From Gemmata obscuriglobus (GTDB taxonomy: Bacteria > Planctomycetota > Planctomycetia > Gemmatales > Gemmataceae), in contig NZ_CP042911.1 of the NCBI RefSeq assembly GCF_008065095.1, forward strand, positions 1,650,001-1,682,000: DNA of 32,000 nt, given 5' to 3'. Numbering within the stretch: position 1 is the stretch's first letter; each line of letters opens with the position of its first letter. The notes below the pieces were generated by a model. The model was given only the letters and a program-made list of their open reading frames with translations, did no database searches and was not told the origin of the DNA. A program made the position numbers and the translations under genes. Positions 17,343-25,075 of this stretch are shown here, in pieces.

Positions 17343-17518
17343 GCTCTGTCCTCATGTGACAGGGCCACGGGCCGGGGGGTGCGACCAACACCCGCCCGGC
17401 CCACTTTGATTCCGCCGGACCATCCGACGGAACGCGACGAAAAGCCGCACAACGCGGCCAGTCGTAGCGCGTTCCCGCGAGAGTTGAAAGAACTATTTGA
17501 ATGTGCTACTGAGGTGGC

Positions 17519-17728
17519 ATGGCCAAGAAGCACCCGATTCCGGACGCCCAAGTGGCGGCCTTCCTGAAGCACTACAAGTGGCTGCTGGCGGGCAAGCCGC
17601 GTGAGCGGCTCGCGTACCGCATCATCGAGCGGCAGCGGGAGGAGATCGCGCGGCTGCGCACCGAGTTGGATACGCTCCGGGCCGCGGACGGTCAGACGTG
17701 GGCCGAGCGGGTCTCGGCGGACCGGTAA
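17519..17728 (+). CDS. Small hypothetical protein (69 aa, coiled-coil-like)
   Basis: Track ORF. ATG preceded by GAGGTGGc. MAKKHPIPDAQVAAFLKHYKWLLAGKPRERLAYRIIERQREEIARLRTELDTLRAADG. Divergent from the GP88-like gene. Confidence 0.5.
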   Translation: MAKKHPIPDAQVAAFLKHYKWLLAGKPRERLAYRIIERQREEIARLRTELDTLRAADGQTWAERVSADR

Positions 17729-18255
17729 GATCGGACCCTCAGCCGCGCGGCGCGCCCGACTTCGGTCGTCCGGTTCCGAACGGCCAATTCACCTCGCGGG
17801 CCGTCACGTTCTCGGATCGTCGCGGCCTATTCGATCAGATCACAGGTATCACCCGGCCGGTCTCACATGCCGGACATGTGCGGCCGATCGCCAGTAACTC
17901 ACCGGCGCCTCCGATCGCTGCGCGCGAGCGTGTCAACGCGGTGTCGGGGCCCATCCGGTCACGTCGGGACAGAACGCGCTCGGCGGCGATTCGACTGCGC
18001 CGTATGTGCAGGTGTCCGGGTGCGAACGACCGTGCTCGGGACGTGGGACTGTCAGGGGGGGAACGTGACTCGATCCTGCCCACGCGTGATCATCCAGGGC
18101 ATTGCACGCGGTTCGAGCTAAATCTCGGACTTGGTGGTGGCTAACAACTGCAGCCCTTCTTCCCTCTGTTTACCGTCTGCGCGCTGCCTTCTTCCGGACC
18201 GCATGGTCACGAGTTGGGCGGATGATGTTGAGGTGTCGGCGCCTGGCGGCACCGG

Positions 18256-18483
18256 CTAATCGCCGGGCTCGGCAGCCCGAAGTGACTTCTCGACTTCCAG
18301 AATGACCTCGGCGGGGGACAGGCCGACGGCGCGCACGAGCCGGATGAACACCTCGATGGTCGGGGTGCGCTGGTCTCGCTCGAGGAGGCTCACGTACTCC
18401 CGCGTCAGTTCGGCTTTGACGGCCAGCAGTTCCTGGGTCATCTCGGCCTTGAGCCGCGCCTCTTTTAGCAGTTTTCCGAACAC
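18256..18483 (-). CDS. XRE-family helix-turn-helix transcriptional regulator (75 aa)
   Basis: GTG start at 18483. FGKLLKEARLKAEMTQELLAVKAELTREYVSLLERDQRTPTIEVFIRLVRAVGLSPAEVI is a canonical HTH_XRE/Cro-C1 pattern. Confidence 0.8.
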   Translation of the reverse strand: MFGKLLKEARLKAEMTQELLAVKAELTREYVSLLERDQRTPTIEVFIRLVRAVGLSPAEVILEVEKSLRAAEPGD

Positions 18484-18520
18484 CCCCCGACGCTACCACT
18501 TGACGCCGGGCCAGTCTGTG

Positions 18521-18544
18521 AACTATAGTTACGTAACTATAGTT
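18521..18544. promoter_or_regulatory. Perfect 24-bp nested palindrome, candidate operator between the divergent XRE gene and ORF 18704
   Basis: AACTATAGTTACGTAACTATAGTT equals its own reverse complement. Each 10-bp half (AACTATAGTT) is itself palindromic, and the halves are joined by ACGT. TATAGT (-10-like) occurs at 18524-18529 and 18538-18543. TTGACG lies at 18500-18505, 18 nt upstream of the first. Confidence 0.6.
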
Positions 18545-18703
18545 GCCATTCAATTCCCTACCGTCGCACCTCCCACTGGGCGACGGCGATTGGAGTCTGC
18601 TCGCCCCGATTCGGACCGTTCGCCCGAACTTCGGAGCCCGTTTCCGCGGCGCGGTGCACAGGCCGCGCCCGGCCCCCGACCGCCTGTGCCGAGGAACCGG
18701 TTC

Positions 18704-18991
18704 ATGGGTCAGAAGCAGAAGAACGTCGAGACGGTGACCGATTACGCCGACGGCCGACACTTCCTCCGCCTGCACCGCGACATCGTGCTGCCCGCCACGG
18801 CGTGCGAGGCAGTCCGCCGGCACCTGTCGGCGAATCGCTGGGCCGAGGCCAAGCAGATTGCTCTGGAGCACGCCCCGGCGGACGCTCGAGAGGAGATCGA
18901 GCTATTCTTCACGGCGACGGCGGAGCGGTTGGCGGATCCGGTGACAGCTGGCGTCATGGCACACGAAACTCCCCGTCAGGACGCGTCCTGA
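18704..18991 (+). CDS. Hypothetical protein (95 aa) divergent from the XRE regulator
   Basis: Internal ATG 18704 of track ORF 18302..18991 is preceded by GAGGAaccggttc. MGQKQKNVETVTDYADGRHFLRLHRDIVLPATACEAVRRHLSANRWAEAKQIALEHAPADAREEIELFF. No family recognised. Confidence 0.5.
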   Translation: MGQKQKNVETVTDYADGRHFLRLHRDIVLPATACEAVRRHLSANRWAEAKQIALEHAPADAREEIELFFTATAERLADPVTAGVMAHETPRQDAS

Positions 18992-19119
18992 GGCCCTCCT
19001 GTCCCAATAGATGCCGCGCCCGGCAACCGATGACTGCAACCGGTCAACGGCCGGGCGGTTCACAGGTACTGATTTCATGATTGCTTGACATTTTTTGAGT
19101 GTTGTGCAACCATGCGCCA

Positions 19120-19392
19120 ATGAAGTTCGAATCCGCACTCCCTCCACACCTGGAACAGTTCGTCAGGGACCAACTCGCGACCGGTCGCTTTCGGTCCGAG
19201 GGCGAGGTGGTTCACACCGCCCTGCATTTGCTGGAAGGGCAGGCCCATTCGCGCGAGGCCGACAGCGCCTGGCTCAAGCAGGAGTTGGACAAGGGGCTGA
19301 GCAGTCGGCCGGGCGAGCCCATCACCCGGCAGTTCTGGGACCAACTCCGTGCCCGGGTGCGCACGCGTGCGGGACGAGGTGATGGCGCCTGA
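19120..19392 (+). CDS. parD: ParD-family (RHH) antitoxin, second copy
   Basis: ATG 19120. MKFESALPPHLEQFVRDQLATGRFRSEGEVVHTALHLLEGQAHSREADSAWLKQELDKGL is collinear with the ParD at 7244-7516. Confidence 0.85.
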   Translation: MKFESALPPHLEQFVRDQLATGRFRSEGEVVHTALHLLEGQAHSREADSAWLKQELDKGLSSRPGEPITRQFWDQLRARVRTRAGRGDGA

Positions 19393-19714
19393 GCGGACCA
19401 TTCACAAGAGCGAGGTGGCGACCGCCGACCTCACCGAACTGGCGGATCACTTTCTCGAACGCGCCGGCCCCGCCGTCGCGCTGCGGTTCCTCGATGCGGC
19501 CGAGCACGCGTTCGAGCAACTCGTCGCGATGCCGCGGATTGGCGCCGTGCTCGGGCTCGACGAACTCCCGTACGAGGACATCCGGCGCTGGCAGATCGAC
19601 GGCTTCGGCCGCCTGATGATTCTGTACCGGGAAGTGGCGGACGGCGTTGAAGTGATCCGCGTCTTGCACGCTGCCCGCGACATTCCCGCGGTACTGCGGA
19701 CTGTACCGGCGTAA
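19382..19714 (+). CDS. parE: ParE/RelE-family toxin, second copy
   Basis: ATG 19382 overlaps the parD stop (19390-19392) by 11 nt. MAPERTIHKSEVATADLTELADHFLERAGPAVALRFLDAAEHAFEQLVAMPRIGAVLGLDELPYEDIRRWQIDGFGRLMILYREVADGVEVIRVLHAARD. Confidence 0.85.
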   Translation: MAPERTIHKSEVATADLTELADHFLERAGPAVALRFLDAAEHAFEQLVAMPRIGAVLGLDELPYEDIRRWQIDGFGRLMILYREVADGVEVIRVLHAARDIPAVLRTVPA

Positions 19715-19773
19715 GGGCATATAGGTGAGAGACGCCTATGCGAGGGATGCGCGAGGCTTTAGCACCGCTCCAA

Positions 19774-20832
19774 TCAGTATTTCAGGACGTACGCCGGCGA
19801 GCGGCTGAGCCGGTCGCGGTTGCGAATGTAGCCAAGGGTGGTTCGCGGATCTGCGTGGCCGGCGAAGTCCTGCAGATCCACGATGTCGGCCCCGCGCTCC
19901 CGCGCCGTCGTCAGAGCCGTCACCCGGAACGAGTGGACGGTCACGTGCGGGTCCAATTGCAGTCGCCGGACATACCGCGCGACCAGCACCTGCACCGCCC
20001 GCCGCGACAGCGGGGCGGCGCGGAACCCTTCCCTTCCACCGCCTCGGGCCGTCCGCACCGGGCGGAATAGCGGCCCTGTCGCGCCCTGCAACCCGGCCGT
20101 TTCCAGCCACGCGTCGAGCCGCTCGAACGCCTCCGGATGCAGAGGCACACGCCTCTCCTTACCACCTTTTCCACGGATCTCCAGCACTTTGTGCCCGCCG
20201 CTGGTCTTATAATCTCCTACACGCAGGCGGCACAGCTCGCCCACCCGGCAACCGGTGAACGCCAGCACCGCGAGGAGCGCGCGATCCCTCACACCTTCGG
20301 GAGTCTGTGCAGATGTGGCGTCGAGAAGGCGGCGACAATCCTCCGGAGTCAGGGCCACCGTCTTACCATCGCGCGGTACCGGCGGCGCGGCCACGAAAGC
20401 GGTGTCGGCCGGATTCGGCCCCTCGTATCCGTACGCTCGCAGGTAGCCGAACAGGGATCGGACGACCGAGAGCTTGCGACTGATTGCCGCGTTCGTGAGC
20501 CCGGCGGCGAGCAACTGGTCGCGCCAGGCGGCGATGTGTCCGGGGCGGACGTGCGGCAATTCGTCCCACGCTCTAACCGCTATGCCAGCATGCGCCATGA
20601 ACTGGTTCAAGTCGCGGGCGTAGCCGGACCGGGTTTCGACCGAGGGCGAGCGGGTCAGCCACGCCGATACCGCCTCGGCGAGTTGGGAGCGGAGATCGTT
20701 AACGGACGGTAAACGCTGGTCGGGTGTGTTAAGGGTCGGGAGGTGGGTCACGGATAGTACGCGAAAAGTGTGTTTCGCGCAACAAAGCCACATCGTGCGG
20801 CATGTGTCAATGAACTTCAGCATTGGCAGCAT
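19774..20832 (-). CDS. Tyrosine recombinase/integrase (XerC/D-like); start codon uncertain
   Basis: Track ORF 19774..20841. N-terminal SAM-like core-binding region (SGYARDLNQFMAH..HIAAWRDQLLAAGLTNAAISRKLSVVRSLFGYL). Catalytic region RDRALLAVLAFTGCRVGELCRL, KGGKERRVPL, HSFRVTALT, AGHADPRTTLGYIRN (R..K..HxxR..H..Y). Candidate starts are ATG 20832, 20823, 20793 or GTG 20751, and none has a clear RBS. Confidence 0.85.
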   Translation of the reverse strand: MLPMLKFIDTCRTMWLCCAKHTFRVLSVTHLPTLNTPDQRLPSVNDLRSQLAEAVSAWLTRSPSVETRSGYARDLNQFMAHAGIAVRAWDELPHVRPGHIAAWRDQLLAAGLTNAAISRKLSVVRSLFGYLRAYGYEGPNPADTAFVAAPPVPRDGKTVALTPEDCRRLLDATSAQTPEGVRDRALLAVLAFTGCRVGELCRLRVGDYKTSGGHKVLEIRGKGGKERRVPLHPEAFERLDAWLETAGLQGATGPLFRPVRTARGGGREGFRAAPLSRRAVQVLVARYVRRLQLDPHVTVHSFRVTALTTARERGADIVDLQDFAGHADPRTTLGYIRNRDRLSRSPAYVLKY

Positions 20833-20939
20833 GTATCTCAATATACTGTGCGCGGTGAATTGACAACGCTCGTAATGCTTGACCGGCTTCTTGGTTTATG
20901 TCAGGGTTTGGCTGCTTGTCACAACACACGGAGGCTGCC

Positions 20940-21197
20940 ATGCAAATCGAACACGTCATCCTCGGAAAGGGTGGCCGACTGGTGATCCCGATCACAATGC
21001 GTAACGAGATCGGAATCCAGGCCGGCGACATTCTCGTGCTGGAGTCGGACGGTGACAGCCTTCTGGTTCGCACCCGCGATCGGGTACTGCGCGAGGTGCA
21101 GGCGTCCTTTGCCGACATCGTACCAGCGGATGTGCTGCTATCCGATGAGCTGATTGCCGAACGACGTGCCGACGCCGAGCGTGACTGTCGGAACTGA
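20940..21197 (+). CDS. vapB: AbrB/SpoVT-fold antitoxin (VapB/MazE-like)
   Basis: ATG 20940 follows GGAGGctgcc. MQIEHVILGKGGRLVIPITMRNEIGIQAGDILVLESDGDSLLVRTRD is a SpoVT-AbrB swapped-hairpin pattern. Overlaps the PIN gene. Confidence 0.8.
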   Translation: MQIEHVILGKGGRLVIPITMRNEIGIQAGDILVLESDGDSLLVRTRDRVLREVQASFADIVPADVLLSDELIAERRADAERDCRN

Positions 21198-21570
21198 CAC
21201 CGTCCTGGACGCCTCGGCCCTCCTCGCGTTGCTCCGGTCCGAGCCGGGCGCTGCGCGTGTCGCGGCCGCACTCGACGGCGCGGTCATTTCGGCGGTGAGC
21301 CTAGCCGAAGTGCTCACCAATGTGGCTGCTTACGGCAAATCGCACGCTGTGACCTCCGCAATCTTGCGGCTACGACTGCCGGTGATTCCGTTCGACGAAG
21401 TGCAGGCCGGCCACGTGGCCGACTTGCCGCAACCGCCCCACGCCGCACGTCTGTCATTGGGCGATCGGGCATGCCTGGCGCTGGGGCTCGTTTATGGCGT
21501 GCCGGTACTCACCACGAACCAGGCCTGGGGGGCCTTTAATACTGGCGTTCGCGTCGAGATCATCCGTTGA
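21181..21570 (+). CDS. vapC: PIN-domain toxin (VapC-like)
   Basis: GTG 21181 (17-nt overlap with vapB; the track offers 21154). VTVGTDTVLDASALLALLRSEPGA...ISAVSLAEVL...LSLGDRACLALG...VLTTNQAW follows the PIN acidic-residue pattern. Confidence 0.8.
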   Translation: MTVGTDTVLDASALLALLRSEPGAARVAAALDGAVISAVSLAEVLTNVAAYGKSHAVTSAILRLRLPVIPFDEVQAGHVADLPQPPHAARLSLGDRACLALGLVYGVPVLTTNQAWGAFNTGVRVEIIR

Positions 21571-21692
21571 GTGCCGGTCACACTGCACATGGTATTCCTC
21601 TGGCGGCGCGCGCTTGACCGGGAAGCGATCCCCAGCAACTGGTTAGATCTGCCCCACGCTGTCGTATATATCGCATATTATAATAATGTAAA

Positions 21693-21720
21693 TTGACATA
21701 TTTTAATATAAATGTATTAT
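21693..21720 (+). promoter_or_regulatory. Near-consensus sigma70-type promoter inside a strongly AT-rich patch
   Basis: TTGACA (21693-21698), 16-nt spacer, TATTAT (21715-21720) with TG just upstream. It is embedded in about 90 bp of almost pure A/T (21660-21745), 87 nt upstream of ATG 21807. Confidence 0.45.
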
Positions 21721-21806
21721 ATATAAATAATGAATCAATCACTGCGATTGTTTCCGCTGCTGCTAAAGCACCGCTGTAACGAGTTGTGGAACTGTGAGAG
21801 GGGAGT

Positions 21807-22589
21807 ATGGATCCAGTTAAGGTGAATGTCGGCGACTTCGAGACGAGTGAAAAGGCTCTTAAAATCTTCTTCCGTAATAACGCCAAGAAATTTCCAGATG
21901 GTGTCAGTTTAAACATCGACCACCGTCAATCGGACGGGGCGATCGAGGTGACCCTTTGGAGTTACAAGTCCGAGCAGTCGCACGTTGCCGAAGCCAAAGA
22001 GCAGTTGCAGAAAGATTTCAAACTTTCATTCGGCCCACTTCAGAAAACTGGTCGCGGGTCGACGTACTACTTCACCGAACAGAAGGTGAGCGCGGACGAG
22101 TTCATCGCCTTTCTGAAACGGGTCGATCCCAAAATCGACTCCAAGCTGATCGATTCCTTCAAGCGGGACTACGACGCACTCGAAGCCGAGCGGAAAAAGA
22201 AACCGCCTCAGGTCCCAACCGATGTTCTGGGAAGTGTTACGATTGGGTTGCGAGACAAGTTCGAAGCAGCGGCAGTCGCGCTCGACACACTCTCGGGTGG
22301 CGCGGCGTACGGTAACGAGGCCCATACGCTGTTCTTCCAGGCACTCGCCCAGGTGCGGAGCGGGGCGAGGCCGGAGGCCGTCGTGCGGACGCTCAAGAGC
22401 GCGATCACCGCCCTCGATGCGGAGGCGAGCGAAGGCACCGGCACTGGACCGGCCTCGAAAGTGAGAATGCACTTGGTCGGATTGCAAGGGGTGCTTGCGG
22501 AGACCCTGAAAACCCCGGTCGAGGCGACCGTTTCTGCGGGAGCCCCCGCCGTTGGAAGGCAATCCCAGCGGACGTCCCTATCAATTTAA
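21807..22589 (+). CDS. Orphan hypothetical protein (260 aa) with a low-GC 5' half
   Basis: Track ORF. ATG follows GGGGAGt. MDPVKVNVGDFETSEKALKIFFRNNAKKFPDGVSLNIDHRQSDGAIEVTLWSYKSEQ... The first ~400 nt are visibly less GC-rich than the Ala-rich helical 3' half. No family recognised. Confidence 0.6.
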   Translation: MDPVKVNVGDFETSEKALKIFFRNNAKKFPDGVSLNIDHRQSDGAIEVTLWSYKSEQSHVAEAKEQLQKDFKLSFGPLQKTGRGSTYYFTEQKVSADEFIAFLKRVDPKIDSKLIDSFKRDYDALEAERKKKPPQVPTDVLGSVTIGLRDKFEAAAVALDTLSGGAAYGNEAHTLFFQALAQVRSGARPEAVVRTLKSAITALDAEASEGTGTGPASKVRMHLVGLQGVLAETLKTPVEATVSAGAPAVGRQSQRTSLSI

Positions 22590-22731
22590 TAATTCACGGA
22601 CAGATGGCTCGACGCGACCCGCGCAGTTGACCTCAGATCTCTTGGAAGGTGCGGGACTCGTCCCCACAGGTCTACATCGAGACCGAGCGGTTCGTAGCCG
22701 TGATTCGAAACGCGATTGGGCAATCGGCGAG

Positions 22732-24993
22732 TCATTCCTTTGGCTCGGTTCGCCAGGTCAGCACCCGCGCGCCTTGTTCGGCGATTTCCGAAACGGTCAG
22801 CCCCGACCGCAGACCGGTACCGTACATGGCACGTTCCAGCAACTGGGCGATGGGAGCCTGGGCTGCGTACCCCCGCTGCTGGCCCCCCGGCTGGGTAAGT
22901 AGACCGAAGTCCACTGGAGGGTTGGTCGGAGCGGTAACGATGGCCACCAAAGTTTCCGGCCCGAACGGCGGCTCGTTGCTGATCCCACCGACCACTGTGG
23001 TGAACGATGCCCCCGGCTCCAGAGCTTTGTTGAGTTCATTGCGCGCCGGGTGGAACAGGGTCACCCGGTACTCCGGATCGACTATCAACAAGGTTACCTC
23101 CAGGCGTTTGGTCGAACTGGTGTTGGTAACGCGGAACGAGATCCGGTCCCCCGGACGGAACGCCCACCCGCCTTTTGGCCGTTCGAGAACCTGGCCGGGG
23201 TCGTTCTTGGTCCGGTGCACGAGGACTTCGATCTTCACCTCCGCCCCCAGGGCACCGCGGCCTCGCTCGGCCTCCAACCGCACCCCCACGTCAACCAGCG
23301 CTCGGGCGCGGTGAATCGTCTTCAGTTTGGCGACTAGCGCCGCGCCGAATTGTTCAGCGTCCAGCGCTGGCAGTAGTACGGGCAACACACGGCCCGACAC
23401 CCCAACCAACCGTGCCTCGCCCGCCGACGCCCGTACCAGGAACTGTGCCGATGCCTCGTCGGCCACCAACTCGAACACCCCTGTGTCCGCTTTGGGCAGC
23501 GTGCGGAGAGCGTCACCGATACATCGAATGACTTTATCCCGCTCCCGCTGATCGGCCGGTACCGCCAACCGCAACCGGCCGACCGAGTAATCCACCGCCG
23601 TCACTTCGCACAACCCGTGCATGGGGAGCTCAACCGGTTTGGCCGTTTTGTCGTATTCGGTCGCCGAGACGACCGATTCCAGCGGGCGGGTCTCGGTCAC
23701 ACGGGCATATCCCACCGCGCGGGGGCGTTCCTTCTCTCCGGGCGGCGAGTACACGCGTAAGACGCTCCCGGGCGTGATCCCATGCAGGTCCCCAACGTTA
23801 ACCACGTGTTCGCCCCGAACGCGGGCGAGCGTAAGCGTCGGCCGGGCCGGCTTATTAGTGCCCAACACGACCCGGTCCTGGCCCGCCCCCTCGGTGCTCG
23901 GACTCGGCGCTCCTTGCGGCCGCGCGAGGTATCCGGCCTGCACTCGTCGGGTCAGCTCGCGGTAAGTGAGTGGCGCCCCCGAAGCGGCCGACTGTTCGAG
24001 CTCGCGCACCAACGAGTAGGTCAGCAGCCCGTGGTATTTCGCTCCGGGCGAGTCAGTTGGTTGGAGGCACTCGGGAGTGGTCTCGTACTCCCGGCAAGCG
24101 AACGTCGCCACCAGGAGTTCATTCGCCATTCCGGGAGTCAGAGAGGATCCCTTGGCACGCTGTTCAGGCGCTGGCCTTCCGGTACGCATGGCCGCCCGCC
24201 CGCGCGCCTTGGCCAGTTCCGCGGGCGGGACTAGCACACCGCCCGGGAGTTGCCGCACGACCTCTCCTTCACGATTCATCGAAGCCGCGTGGCAGCAGTC
24301 GAAGACTGCCCAGACGTACGCCTTCTTGGCAGTAATGGCGGCCAGCCAGTCCCGGATCTCTTTGTCAGCGATGGCGTTGGGCACCCGCTCCTTGCGATCC
24401 TTCCACGGCCTCACATCGGCCGGTAGGAAGATCTCGTCGATCCCGTCCGACTCGGGGGCGACCGGGTCCGGCGGGTCAGACTCGGGCTGGCGATCCCCGT
24501 GCCCGGCCAGGAGCACGACCACCTGGTCGCCGGGGCGGGCGGCTTCGGCCAGTCGCTTGAACTCGCGGGCGATGCTGGACCGGGTCGGCCGTAACTCGGA
24601 CTTGCCCTCATCCTCGGTCAAACAGACCACGTTTTCAGCCGGGAACCCGTATCGCTCGATGAGGGTGGTCCGCATGAGCCGGATGTCGTTGCCGGGGCCG
24701 CTCAGGTGGCTCGCCGGGGCCAAGTGATCGTACTTCGTGACCCCGACGAGTAGAGCCCGTTTGCCCACATCCATGGCCCGTGCGCGCGGAACGAACTCGT
24801 TCCGCGTTTTCTCGTCGAGCGTCACGGCGGCAGCCGACACCCAATTGGTCTCAGCCGACGGAACGGCAGGCTCGACGCGATGATGCTCACAAACCGGCAA
24901 AAGGTGAGTTGAGGTGAGGCCGAATCCCAACCCACCGAGGATGCTCGCCAGGACGCCGAGAGCGACGTTTCGGCGGACGCGATTGTGAAACAT
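22732..24993 (-). CDS. Membrane-anchored caspase-family (peptidase C14) protein with a DUF4384-like C-terminal domain (753 aa)
   Basis: ATG 24993 follows GAGGAatcggc. N-terminal anchor is RRNVALGVLASILGGLGFGLTS. Caspase core is RALLVGVTKYDHL...GPGNDIRLM...VVVLLAGHGD (catalytic His)...VWAVFDCCHAAS (catalytic Cys). The C-terminal VKIEVLVHRTKNDPGQVLERPKGGWAFRPGDRISFRVTNTSSTKRLEVTLLIVDPEYRVTLFHP fits the DUF4384 pattern. Confidence 0.9.
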   Translation of the reverse strand: MFHNRVRRNVALGVLASILGGLGFGLTSTHLLPVCEHHRVEPAVPSAETNWVSAAAVTLDEKTRNEFVPRARAMDVGKRALLVGVTKYDHLAPASHLSGPGNDIRLMRTTLIERYGFPAENVVCLTEDEGKSELRPTRSSIAREFKRLAEAARPGDQVVVLLAGHGDRQPESDPPDPVAPESDGIDEIFLPADVRPWKDRKERVPNAIADKEIRDWLAAITAKKAYVWAVFDCCHAASMNREGEVVRQLPGGVLVPPAELAKARGRAAMRTGRPAPEQRAKGSSLTPGMANELLVATFACREYETTPECLQPTDSPGAKYHGLLTYSLVRELEQSAASGAPLTYRELTRRVQAGYLARPQGAPSPSTEGAGQDRVVLGTNKPARPTLTLARVRGEHVVNVGDLHGITPGSVLRVYSPPGEKERPRAVGYARVTETRPLESVVSATEYDKTAKPVELPMHGLCEVTAVDYSVGRLRLAVPADQRERDKVIRCIGDALRTLPKADTGVFELVADEASAQFLVRASAGEARLVGVSGRVLPVLLPALDAEQFGAALVAKLKTIHRARALVDVGVRLEAERGRGALGAEVKIEVLVHRTKNDPGQVLERPKGGWAFRPGDRISFRVTNTSSTKRLEVTLLIVDPEYRVTLFHPARNELNKALEPGASFTTVVGGISNEPPFGPETLVAIVTAPTNPPVDFGLLTQPGGQQRGYAAQAPIAQLLERAMYGTGLRSGLTVSEIAEQGARVLTWRTEPKE

Positions 24994-25075
24994 GCCGATT
25001 CCTCAAGGGGTCAAGAGGAGCAAGGGTAACGCCGGTTAGCATCGCCCATGCGTTTTACTCAATCATCGGCCCGAT

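Noticed and set aside
19715-21660. A tRNA gene or obvious att direct repeat flanking the integrase
   Set aside because: I scanned the integrase flanks and the 5341-5923 gap by eye for T-loop-like GGTTCGA motifs with acceptor stems, and for shared 12-mers or longer. I found only short (7 nt or less) chance matches. A tRNAscan run and whole-genome comparison are needed, so no feature is reported.
21807-22589. The 260-aa orphan as a bacterial gasdermin paired with the neighbouring caspase/CHAT proteases
   Set aside because: Size and neighbourhood are suggestive. However, the gene is convergent with the proteases rather than co-oriented and has its own promoter and foreign composition. Its C-terminal half is Ala-rich and helical rather than the beta-rich gasdermin fold, and I see no N-terminal Cys. 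This is not supportable from sequence alone, and a structure prediction would settle it.
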